In this document: piece after piece, positions 26,861 through 41,125 of the stretch | Numbering within the stretch: the stretch's first letter is position 1 | Layout of the letters: every line of letters begins with the position of its first letter | From: Bugula neritina | Taxonomy: Eukaryota > Animalia > Bryozoa | Assembly: GCA_964035545.1 (NCBI GenBank) | Contig: OZ037766.1 | Span: 10,406,722 to 10,470,721, forward strand | Reading direction: 5' to 3' | DNA: 64,000 bases | Notes under the pieces: generated by a model | What the model saw: the letters and a program-made list of their open reading frames with translations, nothing else | What the model was told of the DNA's origin: nothing | The model's database searches: none | Translations under genes and position numbers: made by a program

Positions 26861-29800
26861 TTACTTCAAAAGAGGTTTACATTCATCCACGGTTATCATT
26901 GGAATATCATCGGTCTGTGAACTTTCACCAGATGTTTTATGACCAGGTCTGTGTTTCTTTATACATTCATAAAGTTTAATAATGATCATCAATAAGACAA
27001 ACGCTAGACACATGAGCCCATAGACTGTCATGGCCCATCCAAAGTTGGCATATTCTGCAACAACCCCTGAGATTGTGGGACCAAGAAATTCTCTAAAACA
27101 TACAAAATATGGGACATGACAGCACCATATAGAATCCGTGTACATATATGAAGTGTGCCACTTTGGCCTTGACTTAAAGTTTCAAGCTAATACTGTGATA
27201 GATGATCTCAAGAAATAGAAGGGAGCATAATGCCTTTTCTGTTAGATAAAACTACAATCAATAGTTTATGTGTAATTCATTGTTTCTATCTTACTATCAG
27301 TTTCTAATCTAAGTTTTTGCTCAGGAGGTTGATGATTATAAGTATGTATAAGTATGTATGACCACATGTAGTTTATATAATGTCACACATGCAATTATAA
27401 TGTATTTTGTTAGCTCTAAAACATACAGAAGTATTAAAATATTATATTGGAGAGTATATATCAACCCTACTGACCCACTTATAGTTATAGAGAAAAATGG
27501 TATGATGTTTCAGCCAATAGAAATACTTACCCAACAGCATATGCACTCAGCCACATCCCAGATATCATTGCCATAAGGGCTGCATCAGGTGTTTGCTCAT
27601 TATTCATGTTTCTAAAAATCATTAATTAATATTATAGCTTTGTTACTATGGCGTGGGTATCAGGTACGTAACATTGACCACCAGTTGACATTAATATTTT
27701 TAATTCCAATTAATGCCAAAACTTTCGTCTGTAAAATATTTGCCTCCATTAGGATCCTAACTGAAGGCCGCTAGCTTGCAAGCAAGCGTGCTAACTATTA
27801 CATCACATGGGCTACTGGGCAACCTCGACTCTACAGTGTCAGTCAAAAAGTTATGTTTTCTAACTTTATTGATATATTCAAAGTATAATTGTAGCAATAG
27901 TGATTTGAGAAATTTTATATAACACATAAATTTTCTCATAAATATATAATGTTATAAGCTTCATTAGTAATGCGCTCACTTACATTCCACATTTGTTGAA
28001 GGCAAGTTCCATAGAAGGAATAACAACAAAAGCAGTTAAGATTCCTTGTATAAACAGTGTTAACAGCAGCAACCAAAGAGGTCTACAGAATACAATGACA
28101 TCAAATCATATTGAAGTAATACATACTACCTTTAAGTGATAGTTTATCTACATCTATGTTCCCCTTAGCATTTCAATATATTATGAGTTTAAAATGGATC
28201 TGGATTCTAGATTTGAATAGTTGCTTATAGGTAAAAATCTTATATAGGCGGAGCTTTTTTCAATTTACCCCAACGCTTATGTGGTGAGCTTAAGGGAGCA
28301 GCCGTGGTCTAGGAGTTAGAGCGTTTGCTTAGTAAACAAAAGGTTATGGGTTCGAGCCTGGACAAAAGCCGTTGGTGACGTTAGGAAGAGCATCTAGTCA
28401 TAATTGCTCCTGTGCCTCATTTAAACAAGTCCTTAGCCCGCTTTAACAAAAAACCCTTTCTATCAGGGGTTTCTCACAGGGATAGTGGCTATAAACTTGC
28501 GTGAGTGAGTTTTTATGTGGTGAACTTAAATTTTATGTAAAATGATCCATATTGTAAAATCAGAATAAAAAGAATTATTGTGAAACTATATGAAATTTTT
28601 CAGCACATTTTTTGGCGATCTGCACTCATGGTAAACTATCTTTGAGACCAGAGCTCTAGAGATGACTTTAGGAAACACAGTGCTTATTGCATCTTTGGCA
28701 ATTTTACTCAATTTTTCAATACTCCACTTGATAGAAAATAGTGCCATTTGACTAGTGACTACAAACTGTTTCAAGTGTGGTAAACTATTCGATTTTAGGT
28801 AAAAATAGCACAGGTAATAAATTATTCAACTTGGCTTAAGTAGAGTGGTGACTGGTAGCCTACAGATGATTATATTTCAGTTTAATAGATGGCCAATAAA
28901 AAGACATTTTTCAAAATATATTATGAAAGAAACTGCAGCATAGATCATTAACTGTCAAGTTAATGATGCCATGTCTGTATTAAGTACCAAGCAAGTATTA
29001 TCATTGAAAAAGGATATCTATATTTATTGTTATTTACCTTGACAGATTGAGGAACAAAGGTGAAGGTCCCATGAAAATAAAGTCTACTCCACAAATACCG
29101 TACGCTATCATCATCATGTAAATTAGATCAAAAGATTTCTACAAAATTTTACCAGTTCATCTAGACTTTGATACTCAGAGTATATATAGACAGCAAGTTG
29201 TGTTATTACAGAATCAGTCAAAAGCCAAAAATTAAGGTTTATATTGAGTCAACTATATCATTATTCATCTTATCAGTTTTTATTAAGGAAAAAATTGTCC
29301 ATAAAAAGCAAATTATTAATAAGTGTGAAGCACAGCCTACCGATTTTTAACATATATATAACAGCCAAAACAACTTGCGTATTTGTTCAATGCTTTGCCA
29401 ACTAGAGGAGTAGTGATGGTGTAGCTCAGCGGTATTAGGAGAAATATAAGAGCACTGATTTCTTGGCTCAATCTAAACTACAAGAAATAAAAAACAGCAC
29501 AGAGTATTAATATGCTTTTGTTGAACCTAATAATATATTCATAATGATTTTTATCCATAACTTTACATTATATTTAGACCTAGTAATGGCATTTTCTGCA
29601 CTGTTTTAAATTTTAAGCAAAACTCCAATTAAATAATTCTTAAAATAGCATTGAAATTTCGCATGAGTAGTATAAGAGTAAATGACGAATAAGAATGTTT
29701 ACTTCATATAACATGAGCAACCTATTTCCCAGTATAATATATGCATATAATAGATACATTGAGATATGTGTTATAGACTATACTAAATGCAAATATTGAA

Positions 29801-32800
29801 GCAGATACGCAGAGCATAACAGTTATCAGTGCTACCAATAAGTAATACCTTGCTTCGTAGCTCAGGTTCTAGAACTGGTTGAACACTAGCCCAGAGTACC
29901 CCTGTACTCATAGCGACTACTAGAGATACTACCAAGTAGACACTTGACAGCAGACTGGATATAGAAGGAATTTTCTTATCTTGACTTTCTAACTCAGCTG
30001 TAAGGCAAAAAGCGTGTTTTTAAAATTAGCTTTTGAATTTATGGTTTTGGCACCTTAATGCCAGCAATAGGTTGTTTATCTTGTATCTCTTGGCGCGTTT
30101 AATATTATCGAAAAAGCCTGCATAATTGGAATCAGCATGCCTCAAGATTTTCAACAATGTAAAAAGTACTAGAGAGTAGAAAAAATTAAAGTGAAAGGTT
30201 TAAAAGCAATGGTCTAGGGAGCAAAGGGAGCAGCCGTGGTCTAGAGGATTAAAGCGTTTGCTTTGTGAACACGAAGTCATGGGTTCGAACCCCAACAAAG
30301 GCCATTGGTGATGTTAGAAAGAGCATTCAGTCATAATTGCTCCTGTGCCTCATCTAAACAAGTCCTTAGCCCGTTCTAACAAAAACCCTTTCCATCAGGG
30401 GTTCCTCACAGAAATGGCGACTATAAACTTGCATGAGTTTAAAAGCAATACAAATATGTTTATAGTATATTATATAAATGAAAAACACTCTGGTTTATAG
30501 CTAGTATTTTTTTTTGTCTTATATGTCTATATTACAAAGTTTTTAGGTACTAATAATTGAACTAATATTCTACATGCAAAAATAATATGTAATGTATAAA
30601 TACTTACTATCCTTTGGTAAAAGAAACCAAGTCAACACCGCACTCATAATTATAAGCGCACCAACACCACCAAACACAGTAATAAACCCTCCTAGCTAAA
30701 ATATAAACTTAATAGCAACATAACTTTTCAACAAGTATTTTGAACTAACATAGTATTTTCAGACTTCTACAAACATCTTTTTTTGATGAAAATTCTATTA
30801 AAAGGATTAGGAAAGTAGCAAAGGGGCTAAAAAAAATTATTTATGTTTTACATTATATTATTTGGTAAATTTAGAATAATCATCGCATGAAGACAAATCA
30901 TTCTTTAAAGAAGATTTTAATTTTATTTTACCATTGCTGTTAAATTACTAAATAATGTTATCTATAATAAGATACTAATTTAAGTATTTTTTAACATTTT
31001 TAATGTTTTTCACCTTGAAAAGTCCTCCACCTATAGCAGGTCCACATGTCACTCCTAAGCCAATCACAGTTTCGCCATACCCCTTCAATATTGCAAAACA
31101 AAATTATACTGCTTTAGTCAATACACCACCTACTACAAGTGTTGGAAAGTACTCTTTCCTAATATATACCTTTCAGACTTGCTCTTAAAATATTAAATAA
31201 ACACAGAACATTAAAAAATAAAACACAAATATTAATGTAGTAGTTAAGAGCTAGTTCTAAAGCATCTAACATTTCAATTAATCATCACCAATCACTTCAA
31301 TGTTAATGCCTATAGCATATAGTTTTATAAAAACTGAAGAAGTTCAGCTAATACATACCAAAACTTTAATTGTGTTCCCAGGAAACGCTGTGCTTAAGAT
31401 AGCCATGGCAGAAGTAGCAACAGCGGCTGCACCAATAGCTTGGCTTGTTCTTAGCAATATACTTAGCACAAGATAGGTTGCATCTATATTCTTATTTGTA
31501 CTGTCAGGGAAAGGAACATACGCCAGACATCCAAATAATATCGTCATAACTCCACATATGAATAGTCCAGCTGTGAACACAGTGTGCATTCTTACTTTCC
31601 TCATCTGAAATTATACAGACTGTGACCAGGACAATCTGATGCAGTCTTAGGTTATTACATAATACCTTATAAGACAGTGTTTCTATCCTATATATCATAT
31701 GACATATATCTATCAAATAACGTATATCATATAATAATGTCATATTATATATGTTATATAATATATCATATAATATAATATAAATCATATCATATAATAT
31801 ATATGTATCCCATGCATGTAAGTTATTGTTGGAGGCAGTTTACCACTAATTTACAGTTCAATAATTAATCTTATAAGACATTTGGACACTAATCAAAGAT
31901 TTGCTAGATGTTTCTATGTATACAATAAATCATAGAAGTTACCATTTTCCCAAAAACTGGACCAAGTATGAGTAATGTGAGTGAGAAGAGTCCTATTATC
32001 CATCCAGTGAGATCAGATTCAATATTGTGTCTTTCATTCTAAACATACGGAACTGTTATTAGAAATACAGGCATACATGATACACTATCACTGCTATTAA
32101 TACTATTCACTCAAGTTCATATAACTGAGAGTAAATGAAAAAAACCAGAACACTTGACAACTTAATAGTCCGGTAACAGAATTTACATTGAGTATACAAC
32201 ATAATATAAATTTGGCATTTACTGGTACTTATAACAAACATTCTATTACCCAAAAAACTAAGTTTAATGTCAAATCTTAACATAATTACTATATATTACT
32301 TAATTTTACTATGCAGTTGAATATATTATAATTCAGCATGTAATTTCCCTCTAGTTGGAAAAGCAATATATATCACACACCGTTACAATTTCGTTGACTC
32401 AACTTGGGCTAATGATATCCACACACACTAGACAATTTGTGCTAATGACTTGTTATTGTTGGATTAGCTAGATAAGTAATGACAGAAGCATGTCATTGCA
32501 AAGTCTTGTTACACTAGTCTGATGAATAACAATTCCATCTACATTTAATTGAGACATATTTATTTCAAATTTCTTCTTTGTTGATTGTAGTGGTGTCACA
32601 CAGCAGGCTATGTGCAGAAATCGACTAGAGTTTTCCCCTTCTCTGTGATATTTTGCTTGTGCACTCTTCTCACACCAAATGATGTGACGAGTCAAAGGTC
32701 AAAAGTGAAAGATGGGCCATCACTCTTTCTGGCTGCATTAATGTTGACTTGCTTGATTAACCCTTAGCTATGAGAATGTAGAATACCACAACAGGCCAGT

Positions 32801-35148
32801 GACTTTATGCTCAGCTTTTTAGCAAAACTCCCGAAACTTTTTGGCATTCATTCAACCTTTTTTTACTTCTTAAATAATCACTTGCGTTCTTTACATTTGC
32901 TACAAGCAGTTTTTTCTACTTTAACATTCATAACTATAAATAAACTAGTTGTCTAAAATGACTAAAATGCAATATTTATCAAAATCTTTGAAGTCTTTGT
33001 CAAAAATGTTAGCTGTAATTTTAGTCTTAATTTACAGTCCTCTCTCTGTAGTTCAATGATCTCTTTCTCGTGAGATTCCATAAGTCATGAGAAGGGCTTG
33101 GGCTTATTTTGAGTAAGTAATTGCGCCATTGTTGGACAAGCTATCTCTTGTATAAACCATATTTAGTGAGGCGAAAAATGAGATGTTTTGATGCTAAAGG
33201 TAAAATGCAATTGCATATAAAGTGACAATTATTTTAAATTAAATATGAATTTTAAGATGGCTGATTATCTCGGAACGTGAAAGATGGCTGTAACAAACAA
33301 ATCACGTGTGCATGCATGCTTATGTATGTAGGTATGTATATTATAGGGACAAAAATTTGCCAAATTTAGCAATTCTTGAGTTAAATCTGGTATTCTACCA
33401 TACATCACGAACTGAGGACTGGGAGGAAGGACTGTATTAAACTTATCCATGAACGCTCTACCTATAATGGCTATTTATTAGCTGCATAATTATTTAAACT
33501 CTAAGCCTACCAATTTGAATGCAAAAGCTAAATTTGAAAAATAGTGGACTTTGGACAGTCAAAAGATAGTATCTGCCCATGGTCAATCTGAGATTAGGGA
33601 AAGAACAAGTCCCTTTGACCGCTTAAAGAAGATTTGAGATCACTGTTTTTATTGTTGGTATACAATATTCTATAGGCTTGTTTCTTTTTACAATTAGTAC
33701 AATTAAATGATTGTGCAGCTTCTTTTAATTACTACAAAAGTTGTTAACCAGCAAATAGAGACACTTGATTTATTAAATTTGCAATGACTTGATGTAAACA
33801 AATTTTCTTCACGGAGAAATTTTTCATCAAGCGTAAAAAACACCATCAATCATTGAAGCCCAGCTAAAGCCACTTGAATGATTACTGCACAAAAGCTTGT
33901 AAAATTGGTTTATTACTACCTTAGTGTAGTTGAAAGGAACTTCTAGAAATATATTTATACTAATATCTTGTGGATGTGAAGACCTGATGCTGATTTTTGT
34001 TAAAAGCTCTGTTTACTTAATACTAAGAACTGTACATTTATTATTACTGTGTAGCAACAGATACGCTTATTTTGCAACAGTTTTAAGGAGTTGGCCAATA
34101 TTTATCACAAATTTAGCGCTGTTTTCCTAAACACTACTGCTACTATAGCAATTTTTATAGTTATTCTAGGAAGTGTAGCATTAGCAAAGCATGGGTCATT
34201 TTACTTAATTTAGTACACACTAAAAATCTCCAGTTTTTAGCTATTTTTTACAATTTAGCTGCTAATAAACATGGGTTTTTGCCCAAAACTAATAAAATAC
34301 GAATGAATACACCTAAATAATCAAGGTTCTTTCTAATTTTGCTTGATTTCCTAGGTTTTTTCCTAATTATTCAGCAACTTTTGATTGCAAAGTGTTATGA
34401 AAAAACCATACCTCTCCGAAATCAAAAGTTGCTGAATATAACTAGAAAAAAAACATTTGGAAATCAAGCAAAATTAGGAAGAACCTTGATTATTTAGGTG
34501 TATTCATTCATATTTTATTAGTTTTGGGCAAAAACCCATGTTTATTAGCAGCTAAATTGTAAAAAATAGCTAAAAACTGGAGATTTCCAGTGTGTACTAA
34601 ATTAAGTAAAATGACCCGCATTCTTTACAAAAAAATTTCTGCATAACATTCAATATCATGACTCATACAGCCTTTTATTGCTATAGGCCATAGGGCCTAT
34701 AGGCTATCTTTTAACATTAATTATGTTGAAATATTTGAAAATTTAGAACAATAGTAAGTGAAACAAAATATTGTTATCATAAATCATCTATTATTTGTTT
34801 TTTAATTTGGCACGCAGCAAAATAATAACGTTCTAATCAGTAATCTAAAAAACATCCGATGGCATAACGACTTTCCAGTAGTTCTCTATAATAATTACTT
34901 TTCCTTACCAGCTGTGGTAGAAATGGAGCTGGCAGAGATGCACATGAAAAAGAAAAGAAGTTCCCGATGCTGGTGGACAAAAGTATGAACTTCTGCTGTT
35001 TGGTATAAGATGCATCTGTTTCTTCTTCATTATTTTTCGAGTTGTTGTCGAGTTGTTGTTTATCTGCCTCTGAACTACTGGTGCTGCATAAAGTCCTCTC
35101 CTCATGGTCATAATTAGCACCATGTTCATCCACTTCAGCTTTCTTCAT
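26861..35148 (-). CDS. SLC18B1: MFS transporter, SLC18B1/VPAT-like, paralogue C (inverted duplicate of B), 11 coding exons, ~499 aa
   Basis: Exons 35148-34909, 32038-31943, 31604-31359, 31082-31014, 30695-30608, 29997-29849, 29477-29379, 29138-29038, 28082-27984, 27611-27531, 27092-26861. Exons 2-10 have the same lengths as in B and no stop was seen; intron 7 has a GC donor. Confidence 0.87.
28294..28512 (+). mobile_element. tRNA-derived SINE copy 3, in intron 8 of paralogue C
   Basis: Full head GGGAGCAGCCGTGGTCTAGG; 17-bp TSD TTATGTGGTGAGCTTAA (28277-28293) / TTATGTGGTGAACTTAA (28513-28529). Confidence 0.88.
30211..30436 (+). mobile_element. tRNA-derived SINE copy 4, in intron 5 of paralogue C
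   Basis: Same body as the other copies; exact 13-bp TSD GTTTAAAAGCAAT (30198-30210, 30437-30449). Confidence 0.88.
34193..34617. mobile_element. Foldback MITE, near-perfect ~425-bp palindrome, in intron 1 of paralogue C
   Basis: GGGTCATTTTACTTAATTTAGTACACACT ... AGTGTGTACTAAATTAAGTAAAATGACCC with ~200-bp arms; GCAT on both flanks (4-bp TSD). Confidence 0.85.
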
Positions 35149-35584
35149 ATTTAGTTCAATCAGGAGAGATGCAAAAAACTCTAAAACTTGCAGAATAAGC
35201 TGAGGAAATACTTTCTGTAAGTTTAGACAAATAACAAAATATTTCTTACATTAATAACATTTACAATAATAAATATGTATCAAGTTTCTTCTACAGAAAG
35301 GCATTAAATCTGTTTTCTATATTTGTAATGAAAGTTTCGTTAGAAATCTATTCAATTAAACTTGCATTAAAAGTGAGTGATTTTACTAAAAGTTTTATTA
35401 TATAATATGCCAACTAACACGTACTGCATTATATATCAGTTGGTGAGAAGGAATGAGGGGCAGTTGTTAAGAGAACTAAACTATAAAATTTGGTCACAAA
35501 TATAGAAGGTTGCAAAGAAATACACTTAACATCTGTGGCTAACATAAAGTAAACAGCTACACACCCTGTTATAATAGAAAGCAA

Positions 35585-35683
35585 TATATGAGTATACTAC
35601 ATATATGTGAAGTATATTATATATATGTGAAGTATACTATATATATGTGAAGTATACTATATATATGTGAAGTATACTATATG
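35585..35683. repeat. 20-bp minisatellite, ~5 copies
   Basis: Unit ATATATGTGAAGTATACTAT. Confidence 0.9.
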
Positions 35684-35815
35684 TGGATCATACATGTTCC
35701 AACAAGTTGAGTCTTCAGACCCTCAAAGCAGAGGGATATAGAGACTATCACACTTGAGGAGTCTTATTAGGACAGAAAGTCAGCTAGAGAATGATATTAC
35801 TAATGATAGCGATGA

Positions 35816-36015
<200 letters not shown>

Positions 36016-38289
36016 CTCTGTTTACAGCATAATTCAACATTTCCATTAGCCAGAGTGGGGGCAGCCAGGGCACCAAATGATAAATAGCATTGTTCAATAA
36101 ACAAATAACCCAAAATATTGTTGTTTTTTTCAAGTTTATTATAAAGAAACAATTTTTTTCAAAACTTTCTCAAATACTATGCTGTTGCTACCTAAATACC
36201 TACATCCTTGAAAAACACTTCTGTAACGTAGGTTTTGTGTACAGTCAAGCTCTGAGATCTTTATGCGTTTGAACCTGAGGATGTATATTTACCGAAAGGC
36301 ACAGCCATTAGTTAGAATTTGAATATCTGGCCAAGAGACAAGGGTCTATTGTATCTATGTGTATCTACATTCTAGTGTAAATACCATTTGTTATTGTTAG
36401 AGTGCACAAAAAGAGCAGGGTGTATGATAAACGTAAATTCTATAATACACAGTTAACCTTAGATTGGTGATATCTGAACTATATTCTATTTTACAACACT
36501 ATACTTTTCAAATCAATTAGTCTTACAACAATATGGTAAAAAGTGAAAGAAATACTGAGGCTATATAGCAAATTGTAAGCAGCTAAACACATATATTATT
36601 ATACTTCTTTCTTCTATTGCACACTCATGTGTTTTATTTGCAATCCAGGTTATTCTAAGCATATGAATCAACAAATTTTAAATAAAATTGGACCATTGAA
36701 TGTAATTTGAATCAATTATATAACTCCAAGATATAATGTAAAATGGGTCCATGCAATGACTTAACTAGTTGCATTGCATACCTGAGCACTGCGGAAACAG
36801 ATATTTAATATAATATATACAGGATTAGCAATTTTGTTGAAATCTATCAGCACAAAAACTATAGAGTGCCAATTGGTAAAAAAATGGTTATTATCTAATA
36901 CCATAAATTCGCAATAAAACTTCATTATTTGATTTTGGATACTCATAAAAATGTTGTATAGCCGTCTACATAGTTACTTGCTATACACTGATGAATTCTA
37001 TAACATGCTGCCAGATCTATTGTTTAGTGTTATACTATTTTTCATTTCCTTACCTTGATTAGTGCTTCTCTCTGCTATCCCGCAACTGTTTCCTCCTGGA
37101 TTTATTATGTACTGAAATATCCTTATGATTTAGTCTTTAATGAGCCATGAAAAACTTGGCCTATCAGATAGAGTTGTGTGCAATAGTAATAGAGATATTG
37201 CACTGCATGACTGCGTTAAATAGCTATAACTCATTTTGATTATATACCATGATTCATTAATATTCTGTCTAAGATTTTCGTGTATTTTGACTTGGTGTAG
37301 AGTTGAGTTGTTTTCTTGAGAGCAGACAATAATACTATATGGCTAAGTATTACAACTAGGAGAGAGCGAAAGAAGTAGGTGCGGTAGCCTAATGCGGAAA
37401 AGTTTGTGTTCTAGATTAGAAATGTAGCAAAAGGAGTTATGTTCTTACGAGACTTTCAACCCATGTCTCAAACCAAAATTAAATAATAAAATTAGAGAAC
37501 TTTGGCTATCTCAATTTCTCTACTACTCCTTCTAAATGAATTAAAAAAGTATGTCATATAATGTGTCTTTACTAATAAGGGTAAGAAAATCTTAACAAGA
37601 CAACAATCAGCTTGTTATAGTATGCAGGTATGAGCAATTACTATAAACCGCTGAAAGTCTCTTATTAATATTTATAAAAAAGAATAGTAGATATAAAATA
37701 TATGATATTAAATAATGATGGAATTTCTGATCCTTTAATAATTTACAAGCAATTGTAATGCTGACATTATAAATAATATAGTTATTGGCTATTCCATGTA
37801 TCACAGTGTGCTGAATATGACATAACCTATAATATAGCACTGGTGCACTAACGCAAAAATCACCTGTTATAAATATTATACCTATGCTAAATTTTAAGAT
37901 TAAAATGTAAAATAACTTATCAAACAATGTTTTTAATGATAAATCTTGTCTTCTCAATAAAAAAGTCTTAGAAGACTCAACTTTATAGACTTGTGCTACT
38001 ACATTTCAATTACATACGTAGCTTATAATATTATGTTATTGCAGTTTCCACTAGTATGGTATGAACAGTTAGCATGATTAATGGGGTGACTGCACGTCTT
38101 TGTGAATATATCTATATATAGTCTCTCAAATTTCAAGTTATATAAGCAACTAAAAATCAGCCAGCCAAACCCACAGTTTACGGACAGACAACTCCTGGCT
38201 ATATTATTTGCTCAGGACAATATAATACATCAAGTCAACATCACATGTTACAGAGATTGATTCATGGTAACATGTGCTGATACCTTTGA

Positions 38290-38510
38290 ATAAAAATATA
38301 TAATATAATAATAAATAATAAAAATATATAAGAAATAATAAATAATAAATAATAAAAATATATGAGAAATTATAAATAATAAAAATATATGAGAAATAAT
38401 AAATAATAAAAATATATAATAACTAATAATAATAAATAATAAAAATATATAAGAAACAATTAATAATAAATAATAGATGACAAACAATAAATAAAAAATA
38501 AAAATATGTT
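38290..38510. repeat. AT-rich ~27-bp degenerate tandem repeat
   Basis: Unit approximately AATAAATAATAAAAATATATGAGAAAT. Confidence 0.8.
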
Positions 38511-39011
38511 ATAATATAGGCTAGCCAGTTAGCCAAAAAGTACAAGCTACTCACACCAATTTAGTGATCTTCAAGGTATATATTGAAGACTTGAAGTACA
38601 GTATACTTTTCATGCGCAGTAATAACTAATTGATTGATTTTGCACAAATACTAAAAATTTTCCCTGCTACTAAAAAAAATATGAATTAAAACTTTATATA
38701 AAGCTATACGTGTATCACGGATTTAGCAATAGCAAAAATAGTTGGAATTTCGCTTAGAGAGTTGCAGCATGCGGTCAGTTATGAAATTAATACTTTAAGT
38801 GGTAATTCCAATTGCAGCAATGCAAATTTGTGTTGTTGTTCCTGTACTTTACTGCATGCACAATAAATCTACTTTTTCCCTTGTCCCATTTATCAACTTT
38901 TTCATAATTAAGAGTTGTGCCCACCATTCCCACATTCTTCACACTAATTACATGCAGAGAAGCTTCATATAGTAAGGCCAGGGTTTGCCATTGTCACTGT
39001 CACTGTCACTC

Positions 39012-39322
<311 letters not shown>

Positions 39323-39795
39323 TAAATACAGATATTTGAAGACAGTTTTTTAGTATCTATAATATTAAAGTGCTTGTTGGTCTCGGTGGCAACAATAGTT
39401 GGTTTTATTATGTTTCTAACTGGTAAGGTGTGGTGTGGTGAATGTGGCACACATGCAGCCAACAATATTGCTCTCTGGTCATTTCAAAGATTAACAATAA
39501 AAGTTGCTGTTAGTGATATCATATTTTATCTGTTAGATACCCTTGCATTGGAAGCAGATATGGGAGTGTGGGTGCTGTAAAACAAGGAGAATAAGGGACC
39601 TTTTAAGGTGTTATAGTTTAATGCCTGGCTAATAACACATTGATCCTTGTTTACTTACTTGATATTATTTTGCAACTGGCCTTGTTTCAAGGCATGCTAT
39701 CAATGCTGGAATTGACAGCATGAAAAGTTGTTTTTGTTATTGCCTACCTCACTCACATTATCAGCTCCTGGCAGCTCCTTACTATTGCTAAATCC

Positions 39796-40150
39796 TGTGA
39801 CATATTTTTGGCTCCTGCGACATACACTGTGCTACTTTGACATACATTGTACTAGTGTGACATACATTGTGCTATTGTGACATACGTTGTGCTACTGTGA
39901 CACACATTGTACTACTAAGATATACATTGTACTACTGTGACATACGTTGTGCTACTGTGACATACATTGTACTACCGTGACATACATTGTACTACTGGAA
40001 CATACATTGTACTACTGTGACAAACATTGTGCTACTAAGATATACGTATTGTACTACTGTGACATACATTGTACTACCGTGACATACATTGTACTACTGG
40101 AACATACATTGTACTACTATAACATACTTTCTGTTATTGTGACATACTTT
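39796..40150. repeat. 20-bp minisatellite, ~17 degenerate copies
   Basis: Unit TGTGACATACATTGTACTAC. Confidence 0.92.
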
Positions 40151-41111
40151 GTCCACTAAAAGTTCGTTTTTAGGCCAATTTTTTTTGGAATTTACAGGCT
40201 TTGCAGCTGGGGCGTTTGATGATGACACTTATAACAGAATATTAGGATTCAGCATAGCTAACCAGGGCTCCTCAAATCATTGGCCAAACAGAGGGGAATG
40301 TCTTTCAACCCCTTTGTAAGAGATAGCTTTCTTCTACAAGAAAAGTTGTTAAATGTACAATAAATAGCTCTATAATAAAACAAAAAGCTAGATGCTTTGG
40401 GGTAATCTTGGAACACCCCCCCCCCCCCAAATGTCAAAACATAGATAGAAATAAAACAAGATTTCAAGCCATCTTATAGTTTATACATGATTTACAAGTG
40501 CTCTTATCCATTATTTGTAGTTTGTTAAAAAGCACTAAACACTGTTTTGTAGATTACTATAGATATTTGTATAATAGTCTGTCACCATAAGTCCTCAATT
40601 AGAGGCTGTATTGTATAAAGCCGTGAGACGCACAGACACTGAGATCTACTATAAACTTTCATTCACTTTGAAATTTGCATTTCTTGTCCCAACATGCAGT
40701 TACTTCAACTAGTGACTATAAGTACCAACTAGAAAAAGAATTTTGTTTTATTTGTGTCTTTGACTTCTTATATTTGGGTCTAGAATGTATTAAATTTGTC
40801 TCAAATAGTATTTTTCTATAAATATTCGTTAAAACAAACATTAAAAATATAGCTACTAATTTGTAGCTGATGAGTCGGAAAACTTGATGATTAGTATTCA
40901 TAATTTATTTATCGCCACGCAATCTCTTTGGTTGGATTTGAAAGCCAGGTTATTCAAAAATACAACCGGTTTCTCAAAGATAGTTAACTTTTCTTGCTTC
41001 CAGTTATCTGCCATATGCACTGAAAAAGATTTCAGGGTCTGGGAGCCATTGGAAGATGATACGTTATATTTTAACCTTTGTAATCGTGGGCTATAATTAG
41101 CAAATAATTGG

Positions 41112-41125
41112 AGGTCAAGAGGTCA
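41112..41125 (+). promoter_or_regulatory. Perfect DR2 nuclear-receptor element AGGTCA-AG-AGGTCA
   Basis: Exact consensus match in the divergent intergenic region between paralogues C and D; function not shown. Confidence 0.4.

Noticed and set aside
27740-27830. Decayed tRNA-like sequence on the minus strand
   Set aside because: Too degenerate (no intact B-box) to call.
39796-40150. Regular 20-bp repeats as a possible CRISPR array
   Set aside because: Head-to-tail units with no unique spacers, eukaryotic context and no cas genes.
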